Assembly (NCBI GenBank): GCA_934246625.1
Contig: CAKQHZ010000002.1
Location: forward strand, 30,001 to 62,000
Reading direction: 5' to 3'
Origin: an uncultured Alphaproteobacteria bacterium
GTDB lineage: Bacteria > Pseudomonadota > Alphaproteobacteria > Rs-D84 > CACZYB01
DNA: 32,000 nucleotides
The notes beneath the pieces were generated by a model. That model saw nothing but the letters and a program-made list of their open reading frames with translations, was not told the DNA's origin and ran no database searches. Positions 25,104 to 32,000 of this stretch are shown piece by piece. Every line of letters starts with the position of its first letter. The first letter of the stretch is position 1. The position numbers and the translations under genes are program-made.

Positions 25104-27509
25104 CTAAACAACAATATTTACAATCTTATTTTTAACAACAATAACCTTTTTTATTTCCTTACCATCAATATATGGTTTCAAAGCATTATTATCAAATACC
25201 AAAGTTCTTACATCATCATCACTCAAATCTGCTGGTATTTCCATTTCTAAACGCTTTTTACCATTTATAGTAATCACAATATTAACATTTGTTGTTTTAA
25301 TTTTGTCTTCCTTAAATTCTGGGAAAGGTTCAAAATCAATTCTTGAATTATGACCAAGCATTTCCCAAATTTCACTTGCTATATGAGGAGCAAATGGATT
25401 AAGCAATTTTACGAAATCCTCCATCATAGACAAAGGAATTTTTTCCAAACTACCCATATAATTTGACATAACCATCAAAGAAGAAACCGCGGTATTAAAC
25501 TTCATTGTTTCAATACGTTCGCTAACATCTTTTATTGTTTGATGCAATACCAACTCATCTTTTTGATTCATTGGAATATCAGCTACATTTTGAGCCAACT
25601 CAAATACCCTTTTCAAAAATCTATGAATACCAATCATAGAAGTTGTTGACCAAGCCGCAGCCTGTTCAAACGGACCAATAAACATTTCATATACACGAAG
25701 AGTATCAGCACCATATTCCTTTACAATATCATCAGGATTTATAACATTACCCTTTGACTTACTCATTTTTTCACCATCAGATGCTAAAATCATACCATGC
25801 ATAGAACGCTTTTTATATGGTTCATCAAATGGAACAAGACCCAAATCATATAAGACCTTATGCCAAAAACGAGAATAAAGTAAATGTCGTGTGACATGCT
25901 CTGCACCACCTTCATACCAATCAACTTGACCCCAATAATTTAGAGCTTCTTTTGATGCAAATTCGTCTTTATTGTGAGGGTCCATATACCTTAAATAATA
26001 CCAAGAAGAACCAGCCCAAGTTGGCATAGTATCGGTTTCACGTTCGGCATCTGCACCACATTTTGGACATTTTACCTTTACCCAATCTTTTGCCTTTGCA
26101 AGAGGAGACAACCCCTCATCTGTTGGCATATAATCATCAATTTCTGGAAGTGTAAGAGGCAAATCCTTTTCATTCATTGGCACCCAACCACAATGAGGAC
26201 AATTTATCATAGGTATAGGTTCACCCCAATATCTTTGACGAGTAAATACCCAATCCATCATACGATATTTAACAGAAGATTTTCCAATACCCTTTTCTTC
26301 CATAACTTTCACAATTTTGGCAATCGCATCTTCCTTATTCAAGCCATCTAAAAATTCAGAATTGATATGTTCACCATCACCAACAAAGGCTTCCTTTTCC
26401 ACATCAACATCACCCTTTAATACAGGAATAATAGGAAGATTAAACTTATGTGCAAATTCCCAATCTCTTTCATCATGAGCAGGCACTGCCATAATCGCAC
26501 CAGTTCCATATCCCATCAACACATAATCAGAAATAAATATAGGAATTTCCTTACCATTAAATGGATTAACAGCCATAATACCATCAAGTTTGACACCTGT
26601 TTTATTTTTATTAAGTTGAGAACGCTCAAATTCAGATTTTTTCTTTGCCTCATTTTGATAAGCAACAACTTCATCAATATTTTTAATTTGAGCTTTAAAT
26701 TTTTCAATCAAACTATGTTCTGGTGCAATCACCATATAACTAACCCCAAAAATAGTATCTGGTCGTGTAGTAAATACCTTTAATTTTTCATCACTATTTT
26801 TAATTGAAAAATCAACTTCTGCACCAACTGATTTACCAATCCAATCAGCTTGCATTTTTTTCACACTTTCTGGGAAATCAACTTTTTTCAAACCTTCCAA
26901 AAGTTTATCAGAATAAGATTGCATTTTCAAAATCCAAGCAGATTTTTTCTTTTTTACAACCTCACTTCCACAACGTTCACAATGACCAGCTTCCAACTCT
27001 TCATTTGCAATACCAATTTTACATTCTGGGCACCAAGAAATAGTTTCTTCACCTTTATAAGCAAGTCCAGCTTTATACATTTGCAAAAACATCCATTGAG
27101 TCCATTTAAAATATTCTGGGTCAGTTGTATTAACAACACCACTCCAATTAAAAGAAAACCCAAGTAATTTTAATTGCTTTGTGAAATTAGCAACATTTTG
27201 TTTTGTTGCCACTGCGGGATGAATATGATTTTTTATTGCATATCGTTCAGTAGGAAGTCCAAATGCATCAAAACCAATAGGAAACAAAACATTATAACCT
27301 TCGGCTCTTCTTTTTCTTGAAATAATATCCATAGCAGTAAATGAACGAGGATGTCCCACGTGAAGACCTGCTCCTGATGGATAAGGAAACTCAATCAAAG
27401 TATAATATTTTTTCTTTGATTTATCAATTTTTGCATCAAAAGTTTTTTCATTTTCCCAAATTATTTGCCACTTCTTTTCTATAAAACTAAAATCATATTT
27501 TTTTGTCAT
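25104..27509 (-). CDS. leuS: Leucine--tRNA ligase
   Basis: 801 aa. Class I signatures HVGH (LHVGHPRSF) and KMSKS (GEKMSKSKGN), with a CP1 editing insertion. Confidence 0.97.
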   Translation of the reverse strand: MTKKYDFSFIEKKWQIIWENEKTFDAKIDKSKKKYYTLIEFPYPSGAGLHVGHPRSFTAMDIISRKRRAEGYNVLFPIGFDAFGLPTERYAIKNHIHPAVATKQNVANFTKQLKLLGFSFNWSGVVNTTDPEYFKWTQWMFLQMYKAGLAYKGEETISWCPECKIGIANEELEAGHCERCGSEVVKKKKSAWILKMQSYSDKLLEGLKKVDFPESVKKMQADWIGKSVGAEVDFSIKNSDEKLKVFTTRPDTIFGVSYMVIAPEHSLIEKFKAQIKNIDEVVAYQNEAKKKSEFERSQLNKNKTGVKLDGIMAVNPFNGKEIPIFISDYVLMGYGTGAIMAVPAHDERDWEFAHKFNLPIIPVLKGDVDVEKEAFVGDGEHINSEFLDGLNKEDAIAKIVKVMEEKGIGKSSVKYRMMDWVFTRQRYWGEPIPMINCPHCGWVPMNEKDLPLTLPEIDDYMPTDEGLSPLAKAKDWVKVKCPKCGADAERETDTMPTWAGSSWYYLRYMDPHNKDEFASKEALNYWGQVDWYEGGAEHVTRHLLYSRFWHKVLYDLGLVPFDEPYKKRSMHGMILASDGEKMSKSKGNVINPDDIVKEYGADTLRVYEMFIGPFEQAAAWSTTSMIGIHRFLKRVFELAQNVADIPMNQKDELVLHQTIKDVSERIETMKFNTAVSSLMVMSNYMGSLEKIPLSMMEDFVKLLNPFAPHIASEIWEMLGHNSRIDFEPFPEFKEDKIKTTNVNIVITINGKKRLEMEIPADLSDDDVRTLVFDNNALKPYIDGKEIKKVIVVKNKIVNIVV

Positions 27510-27663
27510 ATTTTTCCCTTTTTATTTATTATTTGACACAAATGTTTTTTTATTAAATTTTATGTCTTTTTCTATTTACAAAAATAATTTTCAATTCTAT
27601 ACTCTTAAAACATTATTCGCAATATATTTTTTAAAAATAGGAAAAATAAACAAGGAGTTTATA

Positions 27664-28785
27664 ATGATAAGACAAATACATGACAAATACATAAATTCAC
27701 GACTCGGACAACAAAAGGGTTCCACAAAATTTGTGTATCTAATATTCATTGGCTTAATTGCTTGGTTTGGTTTTGGTATGTTTTTCAGCCCAGCTAAGGT
27801 TGTAGAAGAACCAACAGTCAAACTTATAAAAGTAGATGTTGAAAAATTAACTGCAAAAAACATCATTTCTGATATTCTTATTTACGGCCACACAGAAGCA
27901 AGTGAAAAAGTAAATCTTAAAATAAGAACTGATGGTATTGTAAAAACAATCAATAAGAAAAAAGGTCAATACGTTAAAAAAGGTGATGCAATAATCACTT
28001 TGGCAATGGAAGACAGAATGGCAAAACTTCGTGCAACCCAAGCTGCAAAAGACAAAGCCGAAATCGAATTTAACACTGCAAAAACTCTTCTTGAACAAGA
28101 CTTAATTTCACGTGTTGATTTTGTTTCAAGTGAAGCAGCATACAAAACTGCACGTGCAACACTTGACCAAATAATACTTGATATTGAACATACAGTTCTT
28201 CGTGCTCCATTTGATGGTGTTGTAAATGAATTAAATGTAGAAGAAGGTTCTTATGTAAAATCTGGTGATAATATAGGTATTTTCTTAAACCTTAACCCAA
28301 TTAAAATAAAGGCAGAAATTCCAGAAAAATATATTTCAAATGTAAGAAATGGTGTTGTTGCAAATGCTACACTTTCAAGCAAACAAAAAATCGAAGCAAT
28401 GCTTGTATATGTAGATTCTATTGCAAATACATCAACAAGAACTTTCTCAATCGAACTTGAAGCAAACAACAAAGGCGATAAAATAGTAGAAGGTTTAACA
28501 GCCGAAATTTTATTCCCTCTTAATACAGTTTCTGCTATAAAACTTAGTGTTTCATCATGCTTAACATTCGGTGATAATGGTGAAGTTGGTGTAAAAACTA
28601 TTGATGATGAAAACATAGTTCACTTCTATCCAATCGAAATAATAAAGGAAGAAGCTAATGGACTTTGGGTATCTGGACTTCCAACAAATGCAAACGTAAT
28701 TATTGCAGGTGCAGAATTTGTAAAAGTCGGTGAAAAAGTTGAGCCTAAATTTGTTGAAAATACTAATTTAGTTTTGCAAAAATAA
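27664..28785 (+). CDS. RND efflux periplasmic adaptor (membrane fusion protein)
   Basis: I prefer the ATG at 27664 (AAGGAG SD) over the ORF-track start at 27562. It has an N-terminal TM anchor, lipoyl-like half-motifs (GIVKTINKKKGQYVKKGDAIITL / VLRAPFDGVVNELNVEEGSYVKSGDNI) and a coiled-coil hairpin. Confidence 0.88.
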   Translation: MIRQIHDKYINSRLGQQKGSTKFVYLIFIGLIAWFGFGMFFSPAKVVEEPTVKLIKVDVEKLTAKNIISDILIYGHTEASEKVNLKIRTDGIVKTINKKKGQYVKKGDAIITLAMEDRMAKLRATQAAKDKAEIEFNTAKTLLEQDLISRVDFVSSEAAYKTARATLDQIILDIEHTVLRAPFDGVVNELNVEEGSYVKSGDNIGIFLNLNPIKIKAEIPEKYISNVRNGVVANATLSSKQKIEAMLVYVDSIANTSTRTFSIELEANNKGDKIVEGLTAEILFPLNTVSAIKLSVSSCLTFGDNGEVGVKTIDDENIVHFYPIEIIKEEANGLWVSGLPTNANVIIAGAEFVKVGEKVEPKFVENTNLVLQK

Positions 28786-28802
28786 TTTAAAAGGAGATAT
28801 AA

Positions 28803-31800
28803 ATGTCAATTGTAAAAATAGCTATAGGTAGAACTAGAGTATTCTTATTCAGCTTGTTTTTATGCACAATAGCTGGAATTATGACATACTTAAGTCTTCC
28901 AAAGGAATCATTTCCTGATGTAAAAATTCCTTACATAATCACAACTGTAAATTACACAGGTATTTCACCAGAAGATGGCGAAAGATTGATTGCAAAACCA
29001 CTTGAAAAGGAATTTAAAACCATAAGTGGTCTAAAAGAAATGACAAGTAAATGTTATGAAGGTTATTGTCAAATTCTTCTTGAATTCAACGTTGGTATAA
29101 ATTCTGAAACTTGCCTTCGTGAAACAAAAGATGCCGTTGACGATGCAAAGCAAAATATGCCAAAAGATATTGATGAACCTATTATAAAGGAAATCAATAC
29201 ATCAGAATTTGCGATTGCCATTGTTAATGTCTACGGAAATGCTCCTGAAAAAACTTTGATGAACATCGCTGAAACATTACAAGATACAATTGAAACAATT
29301 CCAGGAGTTCTTGAAGCTGAACTTGGTGGAAAACGCGATGAACAAATTGAAATTTTAATCGACCCTGCAAAATTGGACGCTTATAAATTATCATTATCAA
29401 GTGTAGGAGCATCTCTTTCTTCATCAAATATTTTGATTCCTGCTGGAAACATTGAAACTGAAAAGGGTTCTTTTCCTATAAAGGTCCCTGGTTTAATTGA
29501 AAATGTTGATGATGTTTTAAACCTTCCTATCAAAGTTGAAGGTGATGCAGTTGTAAAACTTGCCGACATTGCTGACATTCGTCGTAATTTTGCAAATGCC
29601 ACAGAATATGTTCGTATGAACAAACAACCAAGTTTATCATTGGAAGTTAAAAAAAGAAGTGGTGCAAACACAATCAACATCGTTGCAATGGTTAAAAAAG
29701 TTTTAGAAGAAGCACAAGACACAATTCCAAGCAATGTTGTTGTAAAATTAACAAATGATTCTGCTGAAAAAATTGATGAAAACCTTGTTGACCTTCAAAA
29801 CAATGTTATTTCATCAATGGTTCTTGTTATCGTTTGCGTTGTGTTAATGCTTGGCACAAGAACAGGTCTTCTTGTTGGACTTTCAATTCCTATATCATTC
29901 CTCCTTGGATTATTATTCTTGGGTGCATTAGGAATTGGTATCAATATGGTTGTATTGTTTGGTCTTATCCTTGCAGTAGGTATGCTTGTTGATGGAGCTA
30001 TTGTTATCACAGAATATGCAGATAAAAAAATGACCGAAGGAGCAGATCGAGTTGATGCGTATGCAGAAGCATCTGACCGTATGGCAATTCCAGTTATTTC
30101 ATCAACACTTACAACATTGGTTGCATTCGCACCACTTATTTTCTGGCCTGGAATTATTGGTGAATTCTTAAAATACTTACCTATTTCTGTTATCTGTATT
30201 TTATCAGCTTCACTTATAGTTGCACTTATCTTTATTCCTATATTCGGAGCCATATTCGGCAAAGCTGGTGCAATGAAAGAAGAAGAAAAAACTCAAGTTC
30301 TTGCAAGTGAAAATGGAGAATATGAAAAATTAAAGGGCTATATGAAATTCTACTACAGAATTTTACACTTTGCATTGGAAAGACCATGGAAAGTCCTTGG
30401 CGTAATAATGATAACTTTGTTCTTATCATTCTATACCTATGCAAAATTTGGTGTTGGTGTAGAATTCTTCCCTGAATCAGAACCTGACTTCATCAACATA
30501 AATGTTCACGCACGTGGAAATCTATCCATTGATGAAAAAAGTAAATTCGTAAAACAAGTAGAAGATTTGGTTTCTGAACTTCCATACTTTGTGAACGTTT
30601 ATTCTCGAACTGGTGCAAAATCACATAACGCATCAGAAGACGTTATCGGATATATCCAAGTTGAACTTCTTGATTGGCAAGAACGTCCTCGTGCATCTTA
30701 CATCATTGAAAAACTTGATGAAAAACTTGCAAATATTTCTGGTGCGATTATTGAAATTTTAAAGGAAGATAAGGGTCCTGTCACAGGAAAACCTATCGAA
30801 ATTGAAATTTCCTCAAACGAAGATAACCAAGAATTATTAAATAATGGTTATAAATATATGAAAACTGCGATGAATCAAATTGGTGGATTTATCAATATTG
30901 AAGATACTCTCCCTCTTCCTGGTATTCAATGGGAAATGAAAATTAACAAAGCCCAAGCTGCAAAGTTTGGTGTGAATATATCTTCTATTGGAAGTATCGT
31001 TCAAATGATGACTCGCGGAACAAAAGTTTCAAGTTATATGCCAGCCGACAGCGATGAAGAAATCGACATACTTGTTCGTTTTCCAAAGGCTTTCCGTGCA
31101 CTTAATATGATTGATAACCTTTACGTTGTTGCTGGAACAAACAGTTCTGTTCCACTATCAACCTTTGTAAACATAGTTCCTGCACCAAAAGTAAATATGA
31201 TTCAAAGAATAAATGGTAAAAGAATTTTGAAAATTTCTGCTGATGTAGAAGAAGGAGCTTATGCTGCTGAAAAAATTTCTGCATTAAAGAAATATGAAAA
31301 ACAAAACCCTGCACCAGAAAAAATTCAAATCAAATTTGCTGGTCAAGACGAAGACAGCAAAGAAAGTATGAACTTCGTTATCAAAGCATTTAGTGCTGCA
31401 ATATTCTTAATGTTATTCATATTGCTTACACAATTTAACAGCTTCTATGATACATTTATGGTATTGTTCTCAATCTTACTTTCAACAATTGGTATCTTGT
31501 TGGGACTTGTTATAACAAGAGATACATTCTCTATCGTTATGACTGGACTTGCAATCGTATCACTTGCTGGTATCGTTGTTAACAATAACATTGTGTTAAT
31601 CGATGCTTATAACGAAATAAAACACAAAGTAAGCGACCCATTTGATGCATTGATAAGAACTGGACTTCAAAGAATTCGTCCTGTTTATCTTACAACAATC
31701 ACAACTATGTTGGGACTTGTTCCAATGGCATTAAAACTTAACATCGACTTTATAAATGCAAACATAACCATTGGTTCACCATCTATGGATATGTGGGCTG

Positions 31801-31949
31801 CATTCTCAAAGTCAGTTATCTTTGGATTGGGTTTTGCAACAATTTTAACCTTAGTTGTAACTCCTTGTATGATTTTAATAGGAGTAAGATTACGTGCAAA
31901 GGTAAAAAATTGGTGGCACAATAAATTTAAAAAAGATATAGAAGTATAA
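28803..31949 (+). CDS. RND efflux pump inner-membrane permease (AcrB/AcrD/AcrF family)
   Basis: 1048 aa. Architecture typical of the family: an N-terminal TM helix, two large periplasmic loops and two hydrophobic TM bundles, including VDGAIVITE and GIVVNNNIVLID segments. AAGGAG SD 17 nt after the adaptor gene. Confidence 0.95.
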   Translation: MSIVKIAIGRTRVFLFSLFLCTIAGIMTYLSLPKESFPDVKIPYIITTVNYTGISPEDGERLIAKPLEKEFKTISGLKEMTSKCYEGYCQILLEFNVGINSETCLRETKDAVDDAKQNMPKDIDEPIIKEINTSEFAIAIVNVYGNAPEKTLMNIAETLQDTIETIPGVLEAELGGKRDEQIEILIDPAKLDAYKLSLSSVGASLSSSNILIPAGNIETEKGSFPIKVPGLIENVDDVLNLPIKVEGDAVVKLADIADIRRNFANATEYVRMNKQPSLSLEVKKRSGANTINIVAMVKKVLEEAQDTIPSNVVVKLTNDSAEKIDENLVDLQNNVISSMVLVIVCVVLMLGTRTGLLVGLSIPISFLLGLLFLGALGIGINMVVLFGLILAVGMLVDGAIVITEYADKKMTEGADRVDAYAEASDRMAIPVISSTLTTLVAFAPLIFWPGIIGEFLKYLPISVICILSASLIVALIFIPIFGAIFGKAGAMKEEEKTQVLASENGEYEKLKGYMKFYYRILHFALERPWKVLGVIMITLFLSFYTYAKFGVGVEFFPESEPDFININVHARGNLSIDEKSKFVKQVEDLVSELPYFVNVYSRTGAKSHNASEDVIGYIQVELLDWQERPRASYIIEKLDEKLANISGAIIEILKEDKGPVTGKPIEIEISSNEDNQELLNNGYKYMKTAMNQIGGFINIEDTLPLPGIQWEMKINKAQAAKFGVNISSIGSIVQMMTRGTKVSSYMPADSDEEIDILVRFPKAFRALNMIDNLYVVAGTNSSVPLSTFVNIVPAPKVNMIQRINGKRILKISADVEEGAYAAEKISALKKYEKQNPAPEKIQIKFAGQDEDSKESMNFVIKAFSAAIFLMLFILLTQFNSFYDTFMVLFSILLSTIGILLGLVITRDTFSIVMTGLAIVSLAGIVVNNNIVLIDAYNEIKHKVSDPFDALIRTGLQRIRPVYLTTITTMLGLVPMALKLNIDFINANITIGSPSMDMWAAFSKSVIFGLGFATILTLVVTPCMILIGVRLRAKVKNWWHNKFKKDIEV

Positions 31950-31950
31950 A

Positions 31951-31978
31951 AGAAGCCCCAAAACGGGGCTTTTTTTTT
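31951..31978 (+). terminator. Rho-independent terminator of the RND operon
   Basis: Stem GCCCC (31955-31959) pairs with GGGGC (31965-31969) around the loop AAAAC, followed by T9. The core is identical to the terminator at 9908-9926. Confidence 0.7.
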
Positions 31979-32000
31979 ATTATTTAGAATTAGCAGAAAT

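Noticed and set aside
27562-27663. Long N-terminal extensions proposed by the ORF track (adaptor at 27562, lipoprotein at 10628, xseA at 11633, 79-aa form at 4418)
   Set aside because: In each case a downstream start has a proper SD and gives a sensible N-terminus (signal or lipobox, or TAATG coupling), whereas the longest-ORF start has none. I used the shorter forms.
29381-30262. 117-aa and 155-aa minus-strand ORFs
   Set aside because: Both are antisense within the RND pump gene, whose 1048-aa frame is unambiguous. Neither has any independent signals.
1-32000. Alternative genetic code or programmed recoding
   Set aside because: All recognisable genes are full length under the standard code, with TGG for Trp and normal stops. 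I noticed no in-frame TGA/TAG interruptions or frameshifted housekeeping genes.

Overview
This is a visibly AT-rich, compact, gene-dense bacterial chromosome segment. About 90% is core housekeeping. The rpmF-plsX-fabH-ihfA order suggests an alphaproteobacterium with a streamlined genome, but this lineage call is inference only, since no search was possible. Standard genetic code; rho-independent terminators are common and clear. Confident calls: ihfA (partial), fabH, plsX, rpmF, tRNA-Thr(GGU), secG, thyX, pgk, tsaD, xseA, nrdR, murA, class A PBP (mrcA), a DUF45/YgjP-like HExxH protein, rnhA, tkt, miaA, ftsY, a class I mannose-6-P isomerase-like cupin, leuS, two OmpA-C-domain proteins, and an RND efflux pair (adaptor plus AcrB-like pump). 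I saw no rRNA, CRISPR array, transposase, integrase or obvious prophage. The non-core content is small. It comprises a lone hexapeptide-repeat acyltransferase 25 nt downstream of tRNA-Thr, several orphan ORFs (54, 306, 98, 183, 76, 355 and 73 aa), and one self-contained cassette at about 8940-9930. The cassette is the best candidate for something undescribed. It has its own promoter and a 98-codon ORF interrupted by a canonical intrinsic-terminator hairpin. A separately promoted 183-aa protein follows, carrying the RusA Holliday-junction-resolvase catalytic signature (D-I-D-N-x-x-K-x-x-x-D-A-L plus a downstream DDD) with large insertions. Other points worth a look are a probable ATT start codon for the large OmpA-family protein, a tRNA-Thr with C instead of the near-universal U55, and an identical 19-nt terminator at two loci. 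All functional calls rest on motifs read by eye from the translations; no homology search, fold prediction or statistics were run.
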